Of a stretch of 64,000 bases of DNA, positions 12,466 to 25,300 are shown piece by piece. How positions within the stretch are numbered: position 1 is the stretch's first letter; every line of letters begins with the position of its first letter. This DNA is from Malacoraja senta (lineage: Eukaryota), in contig CM075988.1 in NCBI GenBank assembly GCA_038087875.1, forward strand, positions 2,852,001-2,916,000, written 5' to 3'. Under the pieces are notes generated by a model. The model was not told the DNA's origin and did not search any database. It worked only from the letters and a program-made list of their open reading frames with translations. Made by a program: the position numbers and the translations under genes.

Positions 12466-13379
12466 AGAAACTATATTCTGATATTTGAAATATTCTGGTA
12501 TTTTTTTCTTTGCTTGTACTTGTGGATGGCTGGATTGTCCTCATGTTTGGTGTGATTTGATTTAATAGGAATAGCATGCAAATAAAAGCTTTTAACTGTA
12601 CCTCAATACACGTGACAATAATAAACACATACCAGTATCAACCTCGACTCTGCAAACCCTTCTCTCCAGCAGTCTTTCATCCCACTGCAATCTATAACTT
12701 TCAGTTTAGTTTGTTGTCACGTGTACCGAGGGACAGTTGAAAGCTTTTGTTGCGTGCCTTGCTTAAACATATTCAAATCATTTATGACTTTCTTCCTCAA
12801 AGAGTAATGTAGGCAAAGATTCATGGCCCTCAGAGAAAAACATATACTTTGCAGATGACTTTTTATGTTTAACAGTGAGCACTAATTCCAGATTCCTGAC
12901 AAGAGGTAAAGTTCTCTTCATATCCTCGACCTCTAGAAGTCCGCTTCACTGCCTAAATGCCTCAGGATCTAATATATTACAAACAAATTCTCTCTCACTC
13001 TTCCATATACCAACAAATGCAAACCTAGCCAGGTAATATTATCTTATACCCTCTCTGAATACCTTCCAACACAGTAACGTCCTTACGTTAAAGAAGGAGA
13101 CCCATTCTGTACATGGTATCCCAGACCTGGTCCCACCAATGCCCTGTATAACTGAAACGTGGCCTCTCTAGACTTGTTTCCAATTCACCTTCAATAAACA
13201 AGAGGCAAAGTCCTCTTCACATCCTATTATGTTGATTTTTGCTGTACTGGCATACTAACTTTGTACTAATCACATAGAATATAAAGATAAATTAACAAGA
13301 AATGTAGAAACATTGAAACAATATTTGAAAGTGCAACACACCCCAGTGTTTACGGAGGGATTGTATTCCAAGAAAGCCA

Positions 13380-13885
13380 GCAAAACAAAGGATATGATTA
13401 AGCTGGAAACGGTGCAGAGAAGATTCACTAAGGTGTTACCAGGATGGGAGGGCTTCAGTTATAAGGAAACACTGGATAAGCTGAGACCTTTTCCCTGGAG
13501 AACGCTGATCTTACTCTGACACTGAATGCTGACCTAATGTGGATCAAATCATGAAGGGCATAGATAAGATGGATTGCACACTTTCCCCGCAGGGTAGACT
13601 ATTCTAAAACTAGAGGGCACAGGTGTAAAGTGACAGAGGAAAGATTTAAAAGGGATCTGAGGTGCAACCTTTTCCACAGAGACGATGGTGGGCATGTGGA
13701 ACAAGGTGCAGAAGAGATTGTAAAGGTGGGTGCAACTGTAATGTTTACAAGGTATTTGGACAGATATATGGTTAGGAATGATCGAGAGGTATATTAGCCA
13801 AACGCATGGAAAAGGGATTAGTTCAGGTACACAACTTGATTGAGATGGCCGAGTTGGGCCAAAGGGCATGTTTCCATGCTGTATA
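13380..13885 (+). mobile_element. Decayed CR1 LINE 3' fragment
   Basis: KDMIKLETVQRRFTKVLPG...; ends in the shared tail gggcatgtttccatgctgtata. Confidence 0.85.
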
Positions 13886-14559
13886 ACTACAGTAACTGAC
13901 TGTATAACCATCCATGTTGCGACTTTCCATGAACTCATTTGTCCCCATTGACTCCCACGTTATGTGAGAAGTGTTCCTGCAAGAGATTTTCTCACAACAA
14001 TATGACACGCAGGCACCTGATTTACAGGCAAGGAAATTCTTATTGACAGTAAGTAGAAGACAAAGGGTTGATGTATTAATTAACTAGAAATGAATGTCAC
14101 ATTGTTTGATAAAGTACGTTGTACAAGTCTCAATGGAAGAGATTGCCTTGTCAGTTTCCAAAGAAAATCACTGAAGAGGCTTCCCGCTGCAGTACAGCAA
14201 CCTGCATTTATGATCCTTTAAGTAAACTAGTTCAGTTCTCTGTCTACATTTTGTACTTACTGTACATAGAACATAGCACACGAACTGGCCCTTTGGCCCA
14301 CAATGTCTGTGCTGACCATGATGTCAAGACCAACTCTTATACCCTGCACATAATCCATCTCCCTCCATCTCCCTCCATTCCCTGCCTATCCATGTGCCTA
14401 TCCAAAAGTCCCTCAAATGCAACTTTTGTATCTGCCTCCACCAGAAATGCTGCGAGAGTGAATATTTATTCCAAGTTTCAAAGTGATTTTGAATTCCATT
14501 AAGGTGAATTTCCACTACACAAACTGCCATAATGCAGGAATACTCTATATGTGAAAAAG

Positions 14560-16470
14560 GACGAGAGTGGCCATGGTAAACATTGGCCCCTTGCAGGTTC
14601 ACATGGGGAAACAACTAATAGGAAAACGGTGGAAATGTTAACCAGGCATTTGTATCTAATTTCCCCGTAGATGTTTTAAATGGACCAAAAGCAGCAGGTG
14701 AGCAGGTGAGCAGGTGAGCAGGTGGTAAAATAGGATGTGAACTTAAAACAATTAATATCACTTCTGAAAATAACACATAAATGAAGATGATCTCTTGGCC
14801 TGGATCCTGGGGTTCTAAAACATGTGTGTGTTGAGATGGTGGAGAAGCTGTGAACTTGCAGAATTCCCTGGATTCTAGAAAGCCTCCAGCTGATCAGAAA
14901 ACAACAAAACACTGCTGTTTGAGAATGGAAGGAGACAGAAGACACAAACAGTTAGCACACCAGTACTGCGCTGGAAACCATCCGTTAAGTCATAACAGAT
15001 CAGCTACAAGAGCATAATTTGATTAAGCAGAGTCAACATGGTTTTATGAATTGGAAATTATGTTTAACAACTCTATTTGAGTTCTTTGAGGATGAATGGT
15101 TAGAGAATGGGGAAATACTGCATACAGATTTCAGAAAGGCATTTGATCGTCCCTAATTACAGTCAATAAAGGTTGAAAGAGTTAAGGGCAGTACATTAGT
15201 ATCTTGGCAGTACATTGGCAGTTCAGTTCAGTTTAATTTAGTTTAGTTTAGTTTAGAGACACAGCATGGAAACAGGCCCTTTGGCCCACCGAGTCTGCAC
15301 CGACCAGCGATCCCTGCACATTAATACTACCCTAAACACACTAGGGAAAATTTACAATTTATAGCAAGCCAATTAACTTACAAACCTGTAAATCTTTGGA
15401 ATGTGGGAGGAAGATCTCAGAGAAATCCCATGTATGTCACGGGGAGAACGTACAAACTCCATACAGACAGCACCCATAGTCGGGATCAAACCGGGGTCTC
15501 TGACGCTATATTGCGCTGTAAGGCAGCAACTCTACCGCTGTGCCATTGATGGAGTTAAGGACAGTACATTGGTATATTGATAATACATTGCAGTTGGCAG
15601 AACATTGAGAGTACAATGGCAGAGATTGTTGGTCATTGCATAAAACAAGTCAGGATAAAGGCCCAACTTACAAGTGGGCAAACTCTAACTTGTGAGATGC
15701 CTCAGGACTCAGATCTGTGCCCTAAATGATTTTCAGCACATTGCATATGACTTAGATGAAAGAGACTGAGTGAAATTATCCAGGTTGGATGATGACACAA
15801 AGTTCATGGATAATCAGATTGCGAGAAGGTACAAAGTTTCTTCAATGAATTGTAACTGGTTAAATGATTGGGGATAAAGATAGCCTTTGGAAAGAATGTG
15901 AGTAGTTGTGAAGTTATTCCCTTTGGTAGGAAGAACTGAGATTGTATTGGTCTTGATTTTAAGAAGTGTGGCAGTTTAGTGCAACTGTATACTGTAGAGG
16001 CGATGGTAAAATCATCCTAGAGCTCAGTATCTCATTAAGTAAAGAAGGATATGTTTGCTGTAGAGACGTTCCAGCAAAGCTTTTTTAATGTGGTTTCTGG
16101 GTGAGGCTTCTGACCTTGAGAAAAGTAATTGCAAATAAAGTCTATGACCTGCCGTTCAGAAGAATGAGAGGTGATCTTGTTGAAACACACAAGGGGTTCA
16201 TTGGGTAGATGTCGAGGGATGCCCATCCATCTAGGTCAAGATTTAGAGGACGTTTCAAGATAAGGGTCAAGTGATTCTAACCCAATTTGAGGAGAAATAA
16301 CTCCTCTCAGAGTGCTATAAATAGTTAAACCTCCAACCACGAGAGTTGTGGCATTAAATATATATAAGGCTAGAGTGATAGACAACGGGGAAAATCAAAG
16401 GATGTGTGGTGAAAGAGGGAATTAGAACCAAAGCCAATGAGTAGATCTGCTACAACCCCACTGGGTGGAT
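14560..16470 (+). mobile_element. Ancient, heavily decayed CR1 LINE (RT region to 3' end), interrupted by a SINE
   Basis: Remnants of SQHGF, DFRKAFD, PQGS, DDTK and CEVI motifs in the expected order. Confidence 0.7.
15220..15546 (-). mobile_element. HE1/V-SINE-type element
   Basis: (GTTTA)n tail through the reverse-complement tRNA head ...ctctaccgctgtgcca. Confidence 0.9.
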
Positions 16471-16734
16471 CATAGGGTGTAGACCGTCCTTGGCGAGAGG
16501 CTCCAAGGCTCATCATTTCCATCGGCTGAGGAATATTTTCTTCAGAAAAAGAATCTGAATGGGGAAATAATTAAGATTTCTTGAGTTAAGGAAGGTCGGG
16601 ATAAATGGTAAATGCAAAGGACCTATGAGCCGGAGCACTGAGATGAATAATTAGAGGGCGTAGATTTAACAATTAGAGGGATTAATGGAAATACTTTTTT
16701 CACTGTCGTCTGGAATTCTCTGAATAGCTACGCT

Positions 16735-17712
16735 GAATGCACAGATTATTGTACCCAGCGTAGGGGAATAAAAAACAAGAGCACACAGCTTTAAAGTGAG
16801 AGGGGAAAGATGTAATAGGAACCTGAGAGGCAACTTTTTCACAGAGGGTCGGGGGTATATAGAACGAGCTGCCAGAGGAGGTAGTTGAGATGATTACACT
16901 AACAACATTTAAAAGATATTTATGAGCCTGTCCCACTTAGGCGACTTTTTAGGTGACTGCAGGAGACTATGCGGTTGCCACATGGTCGCCACATGTTTGT
17001 GGATGATTGCCGGGGAGTCGTGGCCCCATTATGGTACCTGCAAATTTTTCAACATGTTGAAAAATTTGCGGCGACCAGAATGAAGCCGCCATGGAGAGTA
17101 GCGAGAATTCTCGTGCCGTAGGTGGGTCGCCAGGAGGTCGAAGGTTCTCATAGGTTGTAGCTGACCGGTGAATTTCATTGGCTCTTTGGGGAAAAAAAAC
17201 ATAAGCAGTAATTTTCAGAACCAAGGATAATGTCTGCCGGGCTACACAGCCGTGTATCTCCGGCTTCTTAAAAGTTGTCTCCACTCCTTCTCCCTCCTCT
17301 CCCCACCATTTTTAAAGGACTTACGTGACCCTTCCCGTACACTGTACTTTCACCGTCTTAATTACAGCGCCAACCTTCCTGTTCATTGCGGTGTGTGTCT
17401 GTATCACCTTGGCTCTGTACCGTGTGAATTTCACTCCAACAGCGCTCCCCGCGCTTGCCCTGCCCCCCGCCTGCATAACGGGCTGGTGAAGGAAGCGATG
17501 TGTGCGTGTGTGGTCATGCCTTCGATCACCAGGGCAGGCACCGGCAGTTGCCTGAAAAATCACCTAAGTGGGACAGGCCCATTAGATACATGTATAGGAA
17601 AGGTTTTGAGGGAAATGGGCAAAATGCAGGCAAATGGGACTAGCTTAGTTGGGGTATTTTGGTTGGCATTGATGAGTTGGGCTGAAGGGCCTGCTCAGTG
17701 CTCTATGACTCT
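16735..17712 (+). mobile_element. CR1 3' fragment interrupted by MITE B
   Basis: aacctgagaggcaactttttcacagaggg...aaaagatat|TTA|gatacatg...gggctgaagggcctg. Confidence 0.75.
16923..17581. mobile_element. Harbinger/PIF-type MITE B (659 bp)
   Basis: ~38-bp imperfect TIRs tgagcctgtcccacttaggcg.../...cacctaagtgggacaggccca; exact TSD TTA at 16920-16922 and 17582-17584. Confidence 0.9.
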
Positions 17713-18714
17713 AAACTGGTTGAGCCAGGAACCTTCCCCCTTTTTTAAAAGTACCTGGATGAGTGCTGGAAGTGCAGAAGTCCACCGCTCTACGGACCAA
17801 AAGCTGGAAAGTATAATGTCTTTAGATGGTTGAGAAGGAAGAAGGGTCCAGACCTGAAACGTCATCTACTCTTTTACTCCAGAGATGCTGCCTGTCCCGC
17901 TGAGTTACTCTGACATTTTGTGTGTATATCTTTATGTGGTGTGGACTAGAAAAGCCAAAAGGCTTTATTCTATGCCTCATCTTCCCAAGTCCCTTCCATC
18001 CCAAGACCTTTGCTATCTCCCAGTTCCCCCAGCTCTCACCTGCAGCTTTATCCATAAATAGCCCATCACTGGTGGTCATGCCCTCGATCGCCAGGGCATA
18101 AACTGGGGAACTCCCTCCCAGTGACATATTACTGTTACAAAGAAATGTAATTTATTGTGCACTGCAGCTCTTCTGCTTCGGGGTTAAAAAAAAAAGGAAG
18201 GTGGACAGGCAGCATCTTCCTCAGACTGAGAGTCAGGGGAAAGGGAAATGAGAGATATAGATGGTGATATAGAGAGATATAGAACAAATGAAAGAAAGAT
18301 ATGCTAAAACATAATGATGATAAAGGAAACAGGCTGTTAGCTGTGGGCTAAGTGAAAATGAGACAATGAGACTCAACAGCATGACTTTGAACCAAGTAGA
18401 GTGACTTGGGTGGGTGGGGATGGGACAGAGAGTGAAAATCTCAACCCAAAACGTCACCTATGACTTTTCTCCAGAGATGCTGCATGAGCCGCTGAGCTAC
18501 AACAGCCTTTTGTGTCTATCTTCGATTTAAACCAGCATCTGCAGTTCCTCCCTACACACTCAAAGGAACATGTGAATGCTCACAGTATGCACCACTAGAA
18601 ATATATTCACACCATGTAAACTGGACAAAAGCAGGAGTAGAGGGACATTTACACCCATAGACATTATGCTGGGCTATGATCTGGAATATCTCCGCCAGAT
18701 ATATGTCATGCTGG

Positions 18715-19295
18715 AGTACAGGTTGAGATTGAGAACCTCATGACCTGGTGTCAAGAAAACAACCTTTTTCTCAATGTCATCAAGACAAAGGAGATAATGA
18801 TCGATTTCAGGAAGCAAAGCGGTACACATACCCCAGTTTGCATTGACGGCGCTGAAGTAGAGATGGTTGGAATCTTCAAATTCCTAGGAGTCAATATCAT
18901 CAACAAATTGTCCATATTGAAGCAATAGCCAAGAAAGAACACCAACACCTCTACTTCCTTAGAAGGCTCAGGAGGTTCGGCATGTCCCTTACAACTCTCA
19001 CCAACCTCTATAGATGTGATGTAGAAAGCATTTTCTCAGGATGCATCAGAGCTTGGTTTGGGAACAGCTCCATCCAAGACCGCAGGAAATTGTAGCAAAT
19101 TGTTGACGCAGCCCAGACCATCACACAAACCAACCTCCCTTCCATTGACTCCATCTACACCTCACGCTGCCTCGGCAAGGCCACCAGCATAATCAAGGAC
19201 GAGTCGCACTCCGGCCACTGCCTCTTCTCCCCTATCCCATCAGGCAAGAGAGACAGAAGTGTGAAAACGCACACCTCCAGATTCAGGGACAGTTT
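18715..19295 (+). mobile_element. Rex1/Babar LINE 3' fragment
   Basis: WCQENNLFLNVIKTKEIMIDFRK...FKFLGVNI; continues with LYFLRRLR and SILSGCI motifs. Confidence 0.88.
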
Positions 19296-19850
19296 CATAT
19301 GCTTGTCACCATCTGTGTGAAAAGATTGCCCCTCAGGTTCCTATTATATCTTTCCCCTCTCACCTAAACCTATGTTCTCTGGTCCTTGATTCAACACTGT
19401 GCAATTGACTGGTTGTACTCATGTGTAATATGATTTGCTTGGATAGCACACAAAGCTTTTCACTGTATCTCGGTACATGTGACGATAGTAAACCAAACCA
19501 AACACAGCCATTCCCAGGCTTTGGAACTTGAATCACTGCTGGTTTTGCAATGACATCAATTGTCAGTCGCAGGAATAACAACATATGGTGGATAAGGATT
19601 CTTGTAAATTTCCACTGATCAAATCTGTACCTCACAGTGACTGATCCTCCAGCCTGTGCAGCATTGACCCCTGACATCTGCTCAGCTATAATTTGGAACC
19701 CTTCTGAAAATATGCTCCTCAATTTTCTCAGCTCTACAGAGAATGACCCCAATGTTCTGCGGCCATTTATCCTTTGTACCTTTCCTGTAAATCTCATCTC
19801 CGAGGCTTTTGTTACCCTGATCTCCTTCACAAAAGGGTTGTGTCCAGAAC

Positions 19851-20146
19851 TGGCGGCACACTGGTGCAGCGGTAGATTTGCTGCTTTACTGAGCCAGAGA
19901 CTCGGGTTCAATCCTGACCTCGGGTGCTGTCTGTACGGAGTTTGTACGTTCTCCTTGTGACCGTGTGGGTTTTCACTGAATGCTCCGGTTTCATCCCACA
20001 TTCTAAAGACGTGCAGGTTTGTATTTTTATTGACTTCTGTAAACTGTCCCTCGTGTGTAGAATGGATCTAGTGTACAGATGATCGCTGATCGGCGCGGAC
20101 TCGGTGGGCCAAAGGGCCTGTTTCCACGCTGTATCTCTGAACTAAA
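19851..20146 (+). mobile_element. HE1/V-SINE-type element
   Basis: Head ggcggcacactggtgcagcggtag, B-box gggttcaatcc, tail gtttccacgctgtatctctgaactaaa. Confidence 0.9.
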
Positions 20147-20893
20147 CTACCAAGGGCTCCGCACAATTGGTAGCCCCGCCAACAGTCTGTTTGATTTTTC
20201 GTCTTTAAATTTTTTTTTAGTATGTGTTGAAAGTTTGTGTAAATGTTCTCCGGTTTGTTTTATGTAGGGGGATGGGGAGGGGGAGGGGAAACTTTTTTTT
20301 TCAGTTTCTTACCTTGCCGGAGATGCGATTAATTTTCAGATCGCATTTTCCAGTTGCTCTGCGGCCTACCATCGATGGAGCTGGAGGCCTCCTCGGACTG
20401 ACCTTGGGCCCCACCGCAGGGTGTGGACTTAACATCGGAGTCGATCCCTTCCCTGGGATCGCATCACCGCGGTCTGCGGACTTTACATCGGGAGCTCGCA
20501 GTCACAGGAGAGGCCGTGGATGTCGGGAGCTCCAACGTCACGGAAGGTTCGACCAGCCCCGACGGGGGGTCTGATCGCCGGCGTGGAGGAGCTGACATCC
20601 CCCCCGATGCAGGAGCTGATCGCCTTGACGTGGAGAATCCGCTGCCGGCTACGGGAAGCAAGATCATCCCATCAACGGAGGGCTCGAGGCCCCCGACCAC
20701 GGCAGAGCAAAGGGAAGAGATTGAACTTTTTTTCGCTTCCATCATGTGGGGTAGTCACTGTGATGGATGTTTATTTTAAAATGTGTTTAGTGTGTTCCAT
20801 TCCTTTTTATTTGTATGACTGACTTGGCAAATGAAATTTCTCATATTTTGCAAAACATACTTGGCTAATAAAGTATTATTGTGATTGTAATTG
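20147..20893 (+). mobile_element. Non-autonomous GC-rich retroelement with Rex-type 3' tail, inserted in a SINE tail
   Basis: Flanking direct repeat tgaactaaa (20138-20146 and 20894-20902). 3' end ...catacttggctaataaagtatt(attgtg)n resembles the Rex 3' end at 28062-28110 (minus). No recognisable protein-coding homology. Confidence 0.65.
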
Positions 20894-21544
20894 TGAACTA
20901 AAGAAACTCCAGGACCATTCATGATGATTCATTCGTCATTGGTGCCGTTTGCCTCCATTCATACAAACAACGTCTGTCAATGTCATTTAAATAGATTCCT
21001 TCAAACCATTGTTTGCTTAGTAATCTGTCTCCCTTCATTTACTAGAATAGAATCTGTCCTGATATTTAAATATTAAGCTGATGAATCTAAATGTTCCAAA
21101 GCAAAAAAACTGCAAATGCTTGAATTCTGAAATAAAAGCAAAAATTGTAAGACATACTCAATAAGGAGAGACAGAGAAGGCCGTCAATTGATATTTTTAA
21201 GACAGGGTTAGACAGATTCTTGATTAGTATGGGTGTCAGTGGAAAAGGCAGAAGAATGGGGTTAGGAGAAAGAGATAGATCAGCCATGATTGAATGGTGG
21301 AGTAGACAATGGGCCAAATGGCCTAATTCTGCTCCTATTAATTATGATCTTATGAGGTAACAGTTCGGGTTGCTGACTTTTCTTAAATGGGCAGAAGGTC
21401 ATCAACATGATATGTTAACTCTGTTTCTTCCTCCACAGATGCTGCCTGACCCACTAGTGTTTTCAGCATGTTCTGTCCAGTCTAAATGATGCTATGACAT
21501 CCATACATTAATGGTGAATGAGATGGTAGTGAGCCTCAGTAATC

Positions 21545-22740
21545 AGGGTCACAGAATCACACAGCATGGAAGCTGGCCATTCTAACCCATATTGAGAATG
21601 CTGACAACATGTTTTACCCGAGCCAGTCCCATTTGCTGGGATTTACCCCATAACCCTCTAAACTTTAGATAGACACTAAACTTTAGGATGACCCACAACC
21701 TCACCCTACTTTTTCTCCAGAGATGCTGCCTTATCTGCTGAGTTACTCCAGCACTTTGTGTCTATAAACCAGCATCTGAATTCTTAGTTTCTACATATCC
21801 CTCTAAACATTTCCTGTCCCTGTACCTGTCCAAATGTCTTTTAAAAATTGTAATTGTGCCCATCGCTGTCACTTCTTCTGGTAGTTTATTCCATCCAACA
21901 CCTTCTGTGTGAAAAACCTGCTCATCAGGTTCCTGGGAACCTTTTCTGCATCTTTTCCAGCATTAAACATCCTTCGTACAGCTCGTAGACCAGCACACAG
22001 TACTCAAGTGTGTTCTCACCAATGACTTGTATAATTGCAAGATGATGTCCCAACTCTTATACTCAATGTCCTAATCGATGAAGGTGAGTGTGACTTACAC
22101 CTTTTTCATCACCCTATCTACACATGTCTCCACTTTTGGGGAACAGCTTCCCTGTCTCTCTGTTCTACAACATGTTCCTGTGCCCTACCATTTACTGTGT
22201 AAATCCTGCCCTGGTTTAACTTTCCAAAGTGCAACATCTCAAGGACCTGTGCCACTTGACGATTTTTTCGGCAACTGCCGATGTCATATCAGTATTGCCA
22301 AAAGATTTTGAACATTTCAAAATTCAGCGGCGACAAAAAAATGTTGCGACACTTGAAAAAACACCGCGCGTCACCACCGCATCATGCCGCGTCACCGCCG
22401 CATCACGCCACAAATTTTTCGGCGACCTGATACGTCAGTCAATGAAGCCTGCAGTCGCCGAAAAATCCACCAAGTGGGACAGGCCCTTTATGGTTTCTGA
22501 ATTAAATTCTATCTGCCATTCCTTGGCCCAGTTCCCCAGTGGATCTTGAACCTGTTGTCATCTTAGATCATCCACTTCTCACTGCACCACCAACGATGCA
22601 AACATAGTCATCTGGATCGTTAATATGAATGAGAAACAACAATTGACCCAGCACTGATCCCTGTGGAACACCATTGCTCACAGGCCTCCAGTCTGGAAAA
22701 CGGCCCTCCATTGCTACCCTCTGACTCCTACCTTCACCAA
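21545..22740 (-). mobile_element. Decayed CR1 LINE fragment carrying MITE C and a Penelope terminal repeat
   Basis: Reverse strand shows GVPQGSVLG (ccctgtggaacaccattg on +), LVRTHLEYC-like and CR1 3'-end motifs. Confidence 0.7.
22242..22487. mobile_element. Harbinger/PIF-type MITE C (246 bp)
   Basis: aggacctgtgccacttgacgattttttcggcaactgc vs reverse complement of right end agggcctgtcccacttggtggatttttcggcgactgc; flanks TCA/TTA. Confidence 0.8.
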
Positions 22741-23139
22741 TTTTGTATTAATCCATTGGTTTTGTGGAAAGGGGATCTAGTTTTCAGAGTGTGAACTTTA
22801 TGAAGATGAGCAACCTGAAAATTGATGTAAATTTAAAAACCTGTGAACTATTCCAATTCAGAATAATGTTTAGTTGTTAAATATTTAGCTCTCACCGTTG
22901 CTAAGTGACAAGTTCAATGCAACAGTAATCCAAGAGGATGAACCATTAGAATTTTTATGTATGAAGGAACTGCAGGTTAGGTGAAGAAGAGTTCTGACCC
23001 GAAATATCATCTACTCCTTCTTTCTAGAGGTGCTGCCTGACCCGCTGAGTTACTCCAGCACTTTGTGTCTATCTTCAGTGTAAACCAGCACATGCAGTTT
23101 CTTCCAACACATTGAATTTTACTAGAATGTCTATAAATC

Positions 23140-24260
23140 TACTCGGCGGGTGGTGGAGGGGAGGTTTGCGTGTGCCTGAGATATTGAGATGTAAACCATG
23201 TGGAGCTGTGACAGGGGCGGGGTGACCCATCGTGGGCAGGTCCAGGGGGAGGTTCCTGACCAAGATGAGGACATCATCGGTGGAACACAGGCACGGAAAT
23301 CGCTTTCAAAATATGGGGGTTCCAGGGAACAGGGGGGACGCAATTTCTTGGCGGCCGCGCACACACACACACACACACGTGAGGCTTCGGAGGCTCGATG
23401 CGGCGCTAAATGCAACTCAACTCTGCCTGTCTCGCCGGGTTAACCTACAGCCCTGCCTGGACTGACCGGACACCAGCCTGGAGTCGTGGAGCTAGCGCTG
23501 CTTCTCCACGCTGGCTGTAAACCTGGGCCATATTTCCCGTAAGTCCAGGCAGGGCTGTAGGTTAACCCGGCGGGACAGGCAGAGTTGAACTGGGTTTAGC
23601 ACTGCTTCTCTGCGCTGGCTTTGGGCCTGGGGGCATCTCTCCCATCTGACTCCCGACTTCTCTGGCTACCCTCGGGAGGGGGGGGGGGGCACTCGGGTGT
23701 GGATGGGGATAGTCCAGTGGTGGTTCGGCAGTGATTGGAGAACCGGGATCGATCCTGGCTGCAGATGAGATGCAGGTCTGTGTCCAGGGCTGCCAAGAGT
23801 GTTTTGGCACGTCTCCCTCCTCCAATCACCGCGCTCTATCCTCAGTGCCACCCCCCCCTACTTCCGCCTCTGACCAACACCTCCCTCCTCCAATGATCGC
23901 GCTGAATTATCATGTCCCGCCCCCATTGCCTGCTGACCGACGTCTCTCTCGTCGCCCTCGATCAGCAGTCCCAGCTCCTCTGTCTCGCGGAAAGCGGAGA
24001 TTTCAAATCCGGATTACAAAAAGTGGGGTGGGGGTCGTCCCCCACCTTTCAAAACAGGGGGGGTGTCCCCCCTGCCCCCCCCCCAGGATTTCCGCCCCTG
24101 GTGGAACAGGCACAGGATGGTGTCTGGCCGGCAGGTGGAGACCATGACGGCTGAGAAGGTGGAAGAAAGTTGCGGCAGGGAGACCCCCCACCATGGTGGA
24201 ATCCATGCCCTTGGACCCAGGTCTGACTGTGAAGGACCATGTGGTGTTCTGCCCATGCAC
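23140..24260 (-). pseudogene. Highly decayed Tx1/L1-type RT fragment split by a hAT element
   Basis: Minus strand gives VHGQNTTWSFTVRPG...FFHLL...GLHLP before the insertion and TDDVLILV after it, i.e. the RT strand before the PQG motif followed by the YADD-equivalent. Confidence 0.45.
23288..24100. mobile_element. hAT-superfamily non-autonomous element (813 bp)
   Basis: Exact 8-bp TSD GTGGAACA (23280-23287 and 24101-24108); TIR caggcacggaaatc / gatttccgcccctg (12/14). Confidence 0.9.
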
Positions 24261-24924
24261 CATAGAAACATAGAAAATAGGTGCAGGAGGAGGCCATTCG
24301 GCCATTCATTACGATCATGGCTCATCATCCCCAATCAATAATGCATGCATGCCTTCTCCCCATATTCCTTTATTCCTAGAGCTCTACCAGTCTCCACATG
24401 GTAAAAGATGTCAAGCACTGGGGGGACATAAAGTCTATGGCTCCATGATTGGCATCTTCACTCATCTCAAGACTCACAGCAAGGACACACCAAGATGACA
24501 ATCATACTTGACTTTCAGTCATTTCTCTTTGCATCATTCATGTACCTTCTTTAATCCCCTCTTTAATAATGCATCGTACTTGTTAAACTCTCCAGTGAAC
24601 ACTCAAATAGAAGATTTTTTTAAATGACTGTTGTCTGTGGTTTTATCCTGGACCCGATTAGTGTATTTATGACAGAGATTATAGCACGCTGTGTAAAACA
24701 CACACTATTGAGTCAGCTCCCATTATGCAAATCACAGACAAGTAGCAGTTTTCCCACGCTGTTTATTTGTTAATGATGGGGTGTGGGTGGTGCTGACAAT
24801 CACAGCACTGACTTCCCAGCCCCTGCTGCCCCGGAGATGGTGCGAGCTTGCCTTGAGCCCTGTAGTCCTATGAGGAAGGTGCTCCCACCGTGGACTTGGG
24901 GGAGATTCCCGGTTTCATAATTTC

Positions 24925-25300
24925 ATGTTATAGGAGCAGAATTAGTCCGTTTGGCCCATCCAGTCGACTCCGCCATTCAATCATGGCTAATCTATCTCTC
25001 CCTCTCAACCCCATTCTCCTGCCTTCTCCCCATAACCCTTGACAACTGTACGAGTCAAGAATTTGTCGGTCTCCATCTATAAAATATCCATTGATTTGGC
25101 CTGCACGGCCTCCCGTGCAAATCCACAGATTCACCACCCTCTGACTGAAGAAATTCTGCCTCATTTCAACCTAATGACCTGGAGAAAACCCACGCAGTCA
25201 CAGGGAGAATGCACAAACTCTGTACAGACAGCACCCGTAGTCAGGATCGAACCGGGTCTCTGTAAGGCAGCAATTCTACCGCTGCGCCACCGTGCCGCCC
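24925..25300 (-). mobile_element. CR1 3' fragment (24925-25165) adjacent to the 5' half of a SINE (25175-25300)
   Basis: MRQNFFSQRVVNLW plus CR1 3'UTR; reverse-complement SINE head ...ctaccgctgcgccaccgtgccgccc. Confidence 0.85.

Noticed and set aside
14694..14724. (GCAGGTGA)4 as an E-box cluster
   Set aside because: Local slippage inside a CR1 relic; absent from the duplicate copy at ~26416.
23212..23220. caggggcgg as the left end of the hAT element
   Set aside because: No target duplication there; the exact 8-bp TSD places the end at 23288.
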